Shown here piece by piece: positions 23,745 through 32,615 of a stretch of DNA of 42,190 nucleotides. The translations under genes and the position numbers were made by a program. Origin of the DNA: an uncultured Candidatus Obscuribacterales bacterium (GTDB lineage Bacteria; Cyanobacteriota; Vampirovibrionia; Obscuribacterales; Obscuribacteraceae); the NCBI GenBank assembly GCA_964546815.1, contig CAZJLR010000003.1, forward strand, positions 1 through 42,190. Direction: 5' to 3'. Under the pieces are notes generated by a model. That model did no database searches, was not told the DNA's origin, and saw only the letters and a list, made by a program, of their open reading frames with translations. The number at the start of each line of letters is the position of its first letter. Position 1 is the stretch's first letter.

Positions 23745-25769
23745 ATGCCACAGGAATTTGACTCCAACCTCTCCAATTCATCGCAATTCAAGTCAATGCC
23801 AGTGGCACCAAAAATCGAAAATATAGAAATCATCGAACTGCTTGGAAAAGGCGGAATGTCGCTTGTGTACAAAGCACGCCAGAAGCAACTCGATAGAGTT
23901 GTAGCAGTTAAGGTACTTTCAAATTCAGCCTTCACCGACGAAGCGGGAATAAAGCGCTTTCAAAAGGAAGCAAAACTCACAAGCACTTTAGACCACCCAA
24001 ATATTGTCAAAACAATTTCTTTTGGTGTTTCTGAAGATGGGCTGCCATACCTGGTTATGGAATATATAGAAGGACGCTCGCTTGCAGAGGAATTGCGCAA
24101 TCACAAACAGCTGAAACTGCAAAGATTCAAGGACGTTTTTCTGCCTGCGCTATCAGCACTCAATTCGGCCCACCAATCTGGTGTGGTGCACCGAGACATT
24201 AAGCCCGGAAATATTATGCTTTGCGAGAGCCCAAGCGGCGAGCAGCAAGTCAAAATAGTGGATTTTGGTATAGCAAAAGTTTTTGGTGAAAGAGAAGGCG
24301 ATGGAGAAACAAAGAACCTTACAAAATCGGGAGCTGTATTAGGTTCACCAGCATACATGAGCCCAGAACAGTGCCGGGGACAAGATCTTGACGGGCGCTC
24401 AGACCTTTACTCAATGGCTTGCGTGATGTATGAAACACTTTGCGGCGAGCCACCATACACAGGCGACTCACTCTTAGAAATAATGCAAAAGCACAGCAGC
24501 GCGCCACCACCTACGGTGTCGGATCTAAGTCGCAAAATAGACATCAGGCGGGAATTAGCGCAAGTTACAATTTGGGGGCTGGCTAAGGATCCTACAACGA
24601 GACCACAAACAGCATCAGAGTTTGCACGAAAGCTAAACGAAGTATTAGAACGCATTACACTAGACAAAGCGCCCAAGCTAAAAAACGCCCCCAGTAAGCC
24701 TCAAAGCCTCTCAAAAAAATTGAAGTGGGGCGCAGGACTGGCGGCTGCAGGCGTGGCAATTGCGTCGCTCTTTCTGTTCTTAAATCATGATACTCAACAG
24801 AAGAAAAACGACGCTCTCAAATCAATGACTTTCGCACCAAAGAAAAGAGATGCAATTCTTCTTGCCCGTTTACTCGCAAGAGAGGATATTTCAGTATCGC
24901 TGGCTACTAGTCTTAGCAATCAAGCCGAAATGTACGAAAGCAAGGGAGACTTGAAAAATGCAAATTCACTCTGGAAACGTTCGCTCTATGTAAACGAGAA
25001 ATTGTTTGGAAAAAACTCTCTCGAACTAGCTCGATTCCTTGCCGATTATGCTACGTTCCTCTTTAGACAAGAACACTATTCTGAGGCAGAGCCCTTTCTG
25101 AAACGATGCTTGAGCATAAGAGAGGAATTGCTTGAGGAGACTAATCCGGTGTTATTGTCCACACATCTTTCAATGGGAAATTGCTATTTCCAACAAAACA
25201 AAAACGCCCCCGCCGAGATGCATTTGAAGCACGTTTTAAAAATGAATGAAAGACTGGGAGAGGCAGACAACAGAGTGGTCATAGAAACGATGGATGTACT
25301 TTCAAGGCTATATCTCCGACAGGGCAAATGTTCTCAAGCAAAACCCCAGCTACAGCGAACAGTTTCATTTTTTGAAAATCAGCCAGAAGTAGACCACCGG
25401 AAGTTGATTGATATTTGCAATCGACTGGCTGGTTGCGATGAATATCTGGGCAATTCTAAAGATGCAGAAAAGAGCCTCAAAAAATATTTGCAAAACTCCG
25501 AGATCGTATTTGGAAAAAACAGCCCGCAGTTATGCAACGCACTTCAAAGGTTGGGAGCGTGTTATTTATCACAGAAGGAATACGCCCAAGCTGAGACTGC
25601 ATTCGAAAGACTCATAGGAATTGACGAGCAAAACGCAGAAGATAAGAATGTCACATTGACAGACGATCTCAATGCTCTGGCAAGCTGTTATTTGAAAGAG
25701 AACAAAAAGATTGAAGCCAACGCGGTTCTAAAACGCATTGGCAATCTCAGCTCAAAAACAAAACGATAA
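23745..25769 (+). CDS. Hanks-type Ser/Thr protein kinase with one TM helix and a C-terminal TPR-repeat domain.
   Basis: GKGGMSLVYKA (G-loop), VAVKVL, HRDIKPGNIML, DFGIAK, and SPAYMSPE all match the canonical motifs. The TM helix is WGAGLAAAGVAIASLFLFL. Multiple TPR units lie in the C-terminal roughly 300 aa. The ATG at 23745 has the RBS GGAG 11 nt upstream. The ORF-track start at 23673 is possible but lacks an RBS. Confidence 0.9.
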   Translation: MPQEFDSNLSNSSQFKSMPVAPKIENIEIIELLGKGGMSLVYKARQKQLDRVVAVKVLSNSAFTDEAGIKRFQKEAKLTSTLDHPNIVKTISFGVSEDGLPYLVMEYIEGRSLAEELRNHKQLKLQRFKDVFLPALSALNSAHQSGVVHRDIKPGNIMLCESPSGEQQVKIVDFGIAKVFGEREGDGETKNLTKSGAVLGSPAYMSPEQCRGQDLDGRSDLYSMACVMYETLCGEPPYTGDSLLEIMQKHSSAPPPTVSDLSRKIDIRRELAQVTIWGLAKDPTTRPQTASEFARKLNEVLERITLDKAPKLKNAPSKPQSLSKKLKWGAGLAAAGVAIASLFLFLNHDTQQKKNDALKSMTFAPKKRDAILLARLLAREDISVSLATSLSNQAEMYESKGDLKNANSLWKRSLYVNEKLFGKNSLELARFLADYATFLFRQEHYSEAEPFLKRCLSIREELLEETNPVLLSTHLSMGNCYFQQNKNAPAEMHLKHVLKMNERLGEADNRVVIETMDVLSRLYLRQGKCSQAKPQLQRTVSFFENQPEVDHRKLIDICNRLAGCDEYLGNSKDAEKSLKKYLQNSEIVFGKNSPQLCNALQRLGACYLSQKEYAQAETAFERLIGIDEQNAEDKNVTLTDDLNALASCYLKENKKIEANAVLKRIGNLSSKTKR

Positions 25770-25807
25770 GCGTCAAACACTTCTATGTCTTAAGTCGATT
25801 CAATAGA

Positions 25808-26887
25808 TTAGCGATTGACCCAAACCCGAAAACGTTGGCTGCCATCTGTACCCTGGCCAGTAGGAACCATCGGCACCGTCGGGTCTGCATTACGACGACG
25901 CATTCCGAGTGGCGACGAAATCGCACTTGTCTGAGGATTGAATGGTGAACGCAAATCATACGCTGCACGAGTGCTTAAAGCTGGCGTTGCAGATTGCGGC
26001 AAAGCTGCCAATTGCGCCGGCATCTGCGGCTGCGCAACTGGAATCATGACAGCGGGCGCTGCAGCCGGCTGCCCAAACTGCTGGTTTGGTATGTAAACAT
26101 AATAGGGCTGATTTGCAACAGGCATGGCGCCACCATAAGCTGGCATTTGCGCAGGCACCGCTTGCTGAACAACTTGAGTTGCGACAGCCGGCTGCACGCT
26201 CAATCCTCGCGTTGGAGCGGATTGCATAGCAGGCACAGCACCATGATTTTGTGCCATACCCGAAGCCGAAAGCATTTTTGCAACAGTTTCTTGGGCAGAC
26301 TGTGAGGCTACTTCCGGCGCACCAAAAGCATCTGAAGCAGCTCCATGCTGAGTTTCGCTCTCATCATTTTTTGCTACTTCATCCCCATCAGAGTTATGCT
26401 CGTCATCACGAGAATCAGCAAGTCCATTAGAATCAGCCGAGTCACTTTCAGGAGAACCAATCCCGGCCGGAGCAGGCGCCGGGGACTCATGCACGGCTTG
26501 CGGCATTGCTTGTCCGAGCGCAGGAGCAGAGCGCTCTTGTGCGTGCAATCCTCCTCCCATCAAAGTAGCACCTACCATAGATAAAGCAGCCGCATTAGGG
26601 GTTTTCGAACCATCATCTTCAGCAACCAGAGTCATGTTGCCACCATGACTTTGAAAAAAGTCCAGGGTGTACGGCAACGAAATGAGAATGACAAAAACAG
26701 TTAAGGTCAAACCTACAACGAAACGCGGGTCAGTAATGAGCAAGCGCTTAGTATTGTCTTTTTCGACCTGCATGGCCATGTTCCAGACAGGAGATTGGTC
26801 AGCATGATGAGCAGCCGCCACGCCTCCGTGGTGCCCTCCATGATGACCGTGGTGGCCGCCGCCTCCACCCATTCCGCCATGACTCAT
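25808..26887 (-). CDS. Membrane-anchored low-complexity protein. It has a His/Gly-rich N-terminus, one TM helix, and an acidic then P/A/Q-rich C-terminal region.
   Basis: MSHGGMGGGGGHHGHHGGHHGGVAAAHH... The TM helix is FVVGLTLTVFVILISLPY. Then DSADSNGLADSRDDEHNSDGDE, followed by QPAVATQVVQQAVPAQMPAYGGAMPVANQPYYVYIPNQQFGQPAAAP. No known domain was recognised. Confidence 0.55.
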   Translation of the reverse strand: MSHGGMGGGGGHHGHHGGHHGGVAAAHHADQSPVWNMAMQVEKDNTKRLLITDPRFVVGLTLTVFVILISLPYTLDFFQSHGGNMTLVAEDDGSKTPNAAALSMVGATLMGGGLHAQERSAPALGQAMPQAVHESPAPAPAGIGSPESDSADSNGLADSRDDEHNSDGDEVAKNDESETQHGAASDAFGAPEVASQSAQETVAKMLSASGMAQNHGAVPAMQSAPTRGLSVQPAVATQVVQQAVPAQMPAYGGAMPVANQPYYVYIPNQQFGQPAAAPAVMIPVAQPQMPAQLAALPQSATPALSTRAAYDLRSPFNPQTSAISSPLGMRRRNADPTVPMVPTGQGTDGSQRFRVWVNR

Positions 26888-26998
26888 CGCTCAATGTCTC
26901 CGTTACGGGATCCGGACATTGACATCCTAGATTAAATCTGGGCAGAAGTCTCAATATTGAGGGGGAAAACCGCATTAAATCGGCATCACAAAAAGTCG

Positions 26999-28750
26999 CT
27001 AAATCTCGCGCTCACGCAGACTTTGAGCTCTTTCCTCTTGCCCCGAGCTTTGCAAGTAATCAACAAAGATTTCTTTCACATAGCGCTTTAGAGCCGAACG
27101 AGGAAAGCGTATCGACTCTTCGAGTGACTCAGCAAACAGTAATTCGGCTTCGTCATTTTGACCATTTGTCGACAATTGAATGGCGCGCTGTAGCTTACCT
27201 AATATATGAAGGAAGCCGCCCTTGTCACTAAATTCACGAAACTGAAAAACAATTTCCAACCCATTCAATTTCGGAAGTGACAATAGCCTGTCTTGGAACT
27301 CGTCTTCAATTTCTTTGAAGTCAGTGCATATTTTGAGGAAATCGATCGACTCAAAAAACTCACGCAGACTTTCAACAATTACGCTGCGCAATAAGCTGCG
27401 CTTCTCATCAGCATCCATAAACTGCCAGGCATCGGCAGCGTCGCTATGTTCAAGCCTGTAAAACACCTGAGCGACAATTTCAATCGGCAGTTCATCTGAA
27501 ATTACTTCGTCACTTTCAGTTCTTATTTCTATGTGCTGATAAACGAGACGTTGCGCACCAGCGCTGATGAAGACTGCTTCTCGCTCGCGACCAGTTGTTT
27601 TGAGTAAATTGACATACGAATCGAGAACCAACCTCATTCTGTCGTTATCATCAAGAGTAGCACTTTGCATTTTTTCGAGAACAGATTCGAACACAACGGC
27701 CGCTTCACTTGCCTTGTCTTGCGCGAGGAATGAGCAGGCAAGCAAGCCCATGGGGTACCATGAATCTCCAAACTCGCCTGGATTCGCTTCGCAAAACGTG
27801 AGCAAGCGACGGCAATATGCTTCAATTTCTGCGAATCGCCCCTGCTCTGCGCAGAGCACAGAAATTGCTTCAATATACTCAAGTATGTCGCCTTCAGGTT
27901 GCTTCTCGCGCTCCATCGTGTCTAAAACACGTCGCAACAATGGCTCAGCTTCAGCCCAACGTCTTTGCCTGAAAAAGAAAAAGGCAAGCTCGTGCAATGC
28001 GTTTGTTAGGTCTTCAGCATCGGGCAACTCAGTTCGTTCTAAAATTGCCACAGCTCGTTTGTACAAATCTTCTGCTTCAGCAATTTTGCCCTGCTCTTCT
28101 CTTACAAGCGCCATCATAGAATAAGGATATGCCAGCTCAGGATGCCAATTACCAAGTTTATTTTCAGCGGCATCAATCCATCGACGCAAGAGCGGCTCTA
28201 AACGATCTACATCACCCGCGCCACCACAGGCGACGGCAAGCGCTCGCAAAATTGCAAAACTCCACAGACTATTTGGGCGGTCACGATCGCATTCATCGAG
28301 TGCTTCAAGAAGCAATATTTTCGACTCATCAAATCGGCGCTGCTCAAGCAAATCAGCGCCCTGCTGTGATTTGCTCAACCAACTGGGCATGCCGAATTCT
28401 TCTATTTGGGCCGCATCTTTTCCAGTAATTGCAGTGATAATCCAATTGATGAATTCTGGCTTGTCCATCAGCTCGAGAAAGAGATCTATTTTGTCTCCTT
28501 CTTCTAAAATCGTGCTGCGTTTTTCTCTTTCTAAAAGCGGAACAATTGCTTTGACAAACGCGCTCATAGCCTCTTCATCGTGAGGTAGCTGCCGCAAAAC
28601 GAAGCTGAATTCGGTAGGCAGACGAGCAGACAATTCATCCATTAGACGCGGATTTTTGATTAGCGCATCAGACATTTCTTGAGCAATGCGATCAAGATCT
28701 TTTGCGCTCAATGATGATTTCTTTTTGCTGTCTTTGTCAGCCGGTTTCAT
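26999..28750 (-). CDS. Hypothetical alpha-helical TPR-like repeat protein.
   Basis: 583-aa ORF with repeated helical hairpins carrying TPR-like consensus residues (W..A..L..RVL; AEAEDLYKRAVAILERT; WAEAEPLLRRVLDTMER; FAEIEAYCRRLLTF). A small overlapping antisense ORF at 27567..28124 was discounted. Confidence 0.65.
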   Translation of the reverse strand: MKPADKDSKKKSSLSAKDLDRIAQEMSDALIKNPRLMDELSARLPTEFSFVLRQLPHDEEAMSAFVKAIVPLLEREKRSTILEEGDKIDLFLELMDKPEFINWIITAITGKDAAQIEEFGMPSWLSKSQQGADLLEQRRFDESKILLLEALDECDRDRPNSLWSFAILRALAVACGGAGDVDRLEPLLRRWIDAAENKLGNWHPELAYPYSMMALVREEQGKIAEAEDLYKRAVAILERTELPDAEDLTNALHELAFFFFRQRRWAEAEPLLRRVLDTMEREKQPEGDILEYIEAISVLCAEQGRFAEIEAYCRRLLTFCEANPGEFGDSWYPMGLLACSFLAQDKASEAAVVFESVLEKMQSATLDDNDRMRLVLDSYVNLLKTTGREREAVFISAGAQRLVYQHIEIRTESDEVISDELPIEIVAQVFYRLEHSDAADAWQFMDADEKRSLLRSVIVESLREFFESIDFLKICTDFKEIEDEFQDRLLSLPKLNGLEIVFQFREFSDKGGFLHILGKLQRAIQLSTNGQNDEAELLFAESLEESIRFPRSALKRYVKEIFVDYLQSSGQEERAQSLREREI

Positions 28751-28769
28751 TCTAATTTCTTATCTCCGG

Positions 28770-29780
28770 CTATTGAAGTTGAACCACAAGCCCAGCCCAC
28801 ATCTCATCAGTCACTTTTTCAACGACTTTAAATGAATGCAACTCTAAGGCAGACTCGAGCCTGGGCGCCTTCTCAAGCAAAATTCCAGCCATAATGACTT
28901 TACCGCCTTTAGGCAAGAGTTTGGCATAGTCAGGAAGAAGAGCTATATTATCCTCACAGGTCAAATTGGACAAAATGGCATCAAATTGCTGCCCAGCCAC
29001 TTGCTCTGTGCTTCCCTCAATTAGCTTGATTCGGCTATCGACTTTATTGATTTCCAAATTTTCAGCCGCAACCTTGCATGCGACAGGATCAATTTCAACT
29101 GCAACGATTTCGGCGTCGGGCAGTAATTGCGCTGCGGCAATAGCTAAAATTCCAGAGCCACTGCCCATGTCTACAATTTTTCCGCTCTGCAGATGCTTTT
29201 CAATGGCTCTCAAGCAAAACTGAGTAGTGGAATGAAACCCTGTGCCAAAAGCCATGCCAGGTTCAATCCAGATAATATGCCGCCCAGCAGTGTCTTCCGC
29301 CGGAATGCTGTCAAACCAGGGTGGACTAACCAGAAACTTTTCTCCTAGTTTTATAGGCGTCATGCCTTTTTTCCACTCAGCCAGCCAATCTTCTTCCTCA
29401 ATTTTCTTAATGCGCAAGTTTGCCGCGACAGCTGCCAATCCATATTCATCAAGTGCAGAGCAGAGGGGCTCCATTTTGTCGGGCGAAATGCGATCGTGCT
29501 CAAAACTCGCCTGCAACGTCACAAGCCCATTATCTGAATTCATAAATTGGCAACCGTTGGCACCTTGATTAATCATGAGCCAGGAAGCCATCTCCTCGTG
29601 CTGAGCATCGACGTCAAATTCGACCACCCACCAACTGCGCTTTTGCTCTTGCTTTGTTTCCAATTTGCTCACTGCTTTGCCATCAATAGAGGTATATAAG
29701 CGTTCAATTATAAGATATTGGCTCCAATCCCCGCACATTTGCCGTCCGGGCAAATCAGCCCGGTCATGTGCAAAAAACAC
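28770..29780 (-). CDS. prmA: Ribosomal protein L11 methyltransferase.
   Basis: PrmA signatures GMAFGTGFHSTTQFCLRAIEKH and the SAM-binding motif VDMGSGSGILAIAAAQL. The N-terminal substrate-recognition region is WWVVEFDVDA. The true start is probably downstream of the ORF-track ATG at 29780. Confidence 0.85.
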   Translation of the reverse strand: MFFAHDRADLPGRQMCGDWSQYLIIERLYTSIDGKAVSKLETKQEQKRSWWVVEFDVDAQHEEMASWLMINQGANGCQFMNSDNGLVTLQASFEHDRISPDKMEPLCSALDEYGLAAVAANLRIKKIEEEDWLAEWKKGMTPIKLGEKFLVSPPWFDSIPAEDTAGRHIIWIEPGMAFGTGFHSTTQFCLRAIEKHLQSGKIVDMGSGSGILAIAAAQLLPDAEIVAVEIDPVACKVAAENLEINKVDSRIKLIEGSTEQVAGQQFDAILSNLTCEDNIALLPDYAKLLPKGGKVIMAGILLEKAPRLESALELHSFKVVEKVTDEMWAGLVVQLQ

Positions 29781-29885
29781 TTAACGGGAGCACCGGATAA
29801 TGCCCGAAAAGCCACCCCCGCGGGGCATACGTCCGAAGCCGAGGCAGGGCGTTGACAACGACCAACGAAGGAAAGAAACTTGACA

Positions 29886-31088
29886 TTAAACCGATACTTT
29901 TTCTTTCTTCGAGCTAGCTGCCGAGGCAAGAACCTCATCGGTAATTTTTCGCATTTCCATTCCTCTCTTAGCCAATTCTGCAAAAAATTCGGCCGCAGGA
30001 ACACAAACTTCAGGTGCAAGAACGCCCCTCATTTTTATTTGACCGGAACAAATCATTTGCGCCACTATTGACGGTGGCACGCCCGTATCAAGCGCCCCGC
30101 AAGAAATCTTCCATTCTTTATGAGCCATCACGGTTGTCTCAAGCCGGCTGAGGATATTGCGACCATTTTTTGTGCCAGTCACATCAACACGAATGACTTC
30201 ACAATCATCTGGGTCTGAGCTTGGCACAGGATGCCTTTCTATCAGAGAAGCCAGTATACGACGGGGTTTTAGCTCTACTCCATCTACATTGATAGAATCT
30301 TTGCTGCCAAAGCCGAGTGAAACCAGAAATTTGCAGTGCTCGTGAAAAGCTGTCGGCAAGCCCAATCGGTAAGTAACACGTTGCACACCCTTCTTTTCAT
30401 ATGTTAGAGGCAAAGTCGCCACTTCCGAGTGAAGAGTCAAAAATGACGAAGCGCGACCAAGTGGAGGCGGGAATTCATGCACTTTTTCGCCAGACATTGC
30501 AGGCACTTCCCTAAACTTACCGTCTTCAAAAACATAAGGGCTAAGGAAATATTCGTCCAAAATAGTATCAAGCGAATATGGCGGCAGAAATGGGTGGTCG
30601 CAGGCTACAAGGTCAACCGAAGCGGCAAAAATGTCGATAGACTCAACAGTGTCCATCTCATCGGCAGCACAAGCCGCCATTACATTTGTCATGCCAGGAG
30701 CGGCTCCCATACCGAGAACAGCCAACAGTTTTTTGTCCACAAATTTTTGGTTCAACTCTAATTGCTTGCGAGTAATGTGAAACAAGCCACCAAGGTCAAG
30801 ATAATGGCAAGCGGCTTTTAATGCGGCTTCCATAACCTGCAGATTGAAAACATATGGAGAGCAATTGATGACTGCGTCATATCCATTCAGCAAGGAGGAT
30901 AGCCCCTCAGCGTCCTGAATGTCAGCCTTTGCAGTTTTAAGCTTGGCATTGCCCAACTGTGTTTTTAGCGCATCGGCACGCTCTATGCTGAGGTCGCAAA
31001 TGAGGACTTCCTTGACCGCAGCTGATTCTGCCAGGTCTCGAATAGTGACTTGCCCCATTGCGCCGGCACCTAAAACAACGATTTTCAC
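29886..31088 (-). CDS. Saccharopine dehydrogenase-family NAD(P)-dependent oxidoreductase.
   Basis: The N-terminal Rossmann motif KIVVLGAGAMGQVTIRDL is typical of Sacchrp_dh_NADP. The GTG start at 31088 has the RBS GAGGTG 5 nt upstream. The ORF-track ATG at 31118 would include that RBS. Confidence 0.8.
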   Translation of the reverse strand: MKIVVLGAGAMGQVTIRDLAESAAVKEVLICDLSIERADALKTQLGNAKLKTAKADIQDAEGLSSLLNGYDAVINCSPYVFNLQVMEAALKAACHYLDLGGLFHITRKQLELNQKFVDKKLLAVLGMGAAPGMTNVMAACAADEMDTVESIDIFAASVDLVACDHPFLPPYSLDTILDEYFLSPYVFEDGKFREVPAMSGEKVHEFPPPLGRASSFLTLHSEVATLPLTYEKKGVQRVTYRLGLPTAFHEHCKFLVSLGFGSKDSINVDGVELKPRRILASLIERHPVPSSDPDDCEVIRVDVTGTKNGRNILSRLETTVMAHKEWKISCGALDTGVPPSIVAQMICSGQIKMRGVLAPEVCVPAAEFFAELAKRGMEMRKITDEVLASAASSKKEKVSV

Positions 31089-31292
31089 AATGCACCTCAC
31101 AAAGAAACGGACAAACAAAGAGTCGCGAAGAATTCGCGTAATCAGCTAGATGCGCTTAGTTTATCACTCTGAAGCTTGCAGCAGCCTCACAACAACGAAG
31201 ACGGAAGGTCTCAGCTGAATGACGCCACTTAAAAAACAAAGAGGCGGCACCTCAGGCGCCACCTCTCCAGAATTTTTGGATTTTGTCGGGGC

Positions 31293-31793
31293 TTAACGCC
31301 CGCCGTACGAGCCATATCCGGCTACGCCAGAACCATAATTGGCCGCACCGCCATTAGAACCGGGCACATAAAGGTTGCCCTGCGGTTGCGCTTGTCGACC
31401 GTACATATTGCGACGTTGCTGATATTGCATCATTCTTTCTTGTTGTCGCATACGCTTAATTGCATTGGCTCTGGCAATTTCGTCGCCGTACACCATGGAA
31501 CCATTATCCATTCTCATAGCGCCGTTATTGCCCGTATAGATGTCGTCACCAGGGTTGCGAATATAACCCCCCCAGCTGGTTGTCGGCAAACCACCTGCGT
31601 TAGACCCGGCTTGCTTGCCCTGAGCCGAACGGCTCATCGTGCCTGCGCCGATATAGGTTCCAGATGGCGTGTAAAGACCAGTCTGATTTTGGTTAACGAC
31701 TCGGCTATCACCGTAGCTCTGGTGATATTGCGCCATCGCCGGCAAACCGGAGGCTAGAGTAATGATTCCCAAGAGACAAGCAATTCGTTTCAT
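31293..31793 (-). CDS. Secreted Gly/Tyr/Asn/Gln-rich low-complexity protein.
   Basis: The signal peptide is MKRIACLLGIITLASGLPAMAQ, with the start at 31793 (the ORF-track start is 31832). Then G/Y/N/Q-rich sequence follows, with an RMRQQERMMQYQQRRNMYGRQAQ segment. Confidence 0.5.
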   Translation of the reverse strand: MKRIACLLGIITLASGLPAMAQYHQSYGDSRVVNQNQTGLYTPSGTYIGAGTMSRSAQGKQAGSNAGGLPTTSWGGYIRNPGDDIYTGNNGAMRMDNGSMVYGDEIARANAIKRMRQQERMMQYQQRRNMYGRQAQPQGNLYVPGSNGGAANYGSGVAGYGSYGGR

Positions 31794-31905
31794 CTGCAAA
31801 AACCCATAGTAAATCGGGCCAGGGCCCACCACATGACATCAGTTTACCCTAAACTGGGTCTAATGAAAACTTATTTTTTCGTGGAAAAAACGTGGATTTT
31901 GCGGC

Positions 31906-32607
31906 TCAGTCCATAAAACGGTACTTGACGAGGGCTCCGATTGCCCCAAAACCGTCTTTCCAGGTAATTTTTTTGCCTTCAGTATAGTCTCGCCCGAAAT
32001 ATGAAATCGGCAGCTCATAAATCCTCACGCCCTGTTTGAGAATTTTGGCTGTGATTTCAGGCTCAAATTCAAAACGATTGGATTTTATGTTTACTCGTTT
32101 GAAAACGTCAGCCTTGAAAACTTTGTAGCAAGTTTCCATGTCAGTAAGAGTTGAGTCATAAAGGATGTTTGTGAGCAGACTCAAAAATTTATTGCCCATG
32201 TAGTGGCTAAATTTGAAAGCCCTGGTGGTGGCTCCGCCAGATAAGCGAGAACCGTAAACCACATCTGCCCGCCCCTCCAATATGGGCTTCAGAAGTGCCG
32301 GGTATTCATCGGGACTGTATTCAAGGTCTGCATCCTGAATCATGATGATGTCACCAGTCGCATGCCCCTGAGCCGTTCGTAATGCGGCGCCCTTGCCCTG
32401 ATTTTTGTCGTGAAAGTAAATGCGAGCTGAATATTTTGAAGCATCTAATGATGCGAGAATGTCGCGAGTTCCATCAGTTGAACCGTCATCAACAACAATC
32501 AGCTCTTTTTGCAACCCCGATGAATCTGCGTTAGATACCATCTCCAAGACTTGCACGAGGGTTTTCGCCTCATTAAAAACCGGGATTAATATAGAAAGAG
32601 TTTTCAA
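31906..32607 (-). CDS. Family-2 glycosyltransferase, polyprenol-phosphate mannosyl/glucosyl-transferase-like (DPM1-like).
   Basis: LSILIPVFNEAKTL...ELIVVDDGSTDGTRDIL...GKGAALRTAQGHATGDIIMIQDADLEY matches the GT2 DxD and catalytic motifs. It is 233 aa. Confidence 0.88.
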   Translation of the reverse strand: MKTLSILIPVFNEAKTLVQVLEMVSNADSSGLQKELIVVDDGSTDGTRDILASLDASKYSARIYFHDKNQGKGAALRTAQGHATGDIIMIQDADLEYSPDEYPALLKPILEGRADVVYGSRLSGGATTRAFKFSHYMGNKFLSLLTNILYDSTLTDMETCYKVFKADVFKRVNIKSNRFEFEPEITAKILKQGVRIYELPISYFGRDYTEGKKITWKDGFGAIGALVKYRFMD

Positions 32608-32615
32608 ATTCTGTC

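Noticed and set aside
27567-28124. 185-aa plus-strand ORF (Ser-rich), antisense within the TPR gene 26999..28750.
   Set aside because: Its composition is Ser/Ala-rich, typical of antisense of a helical protein. It sits inside a longer, coherent minus-strand ORF.
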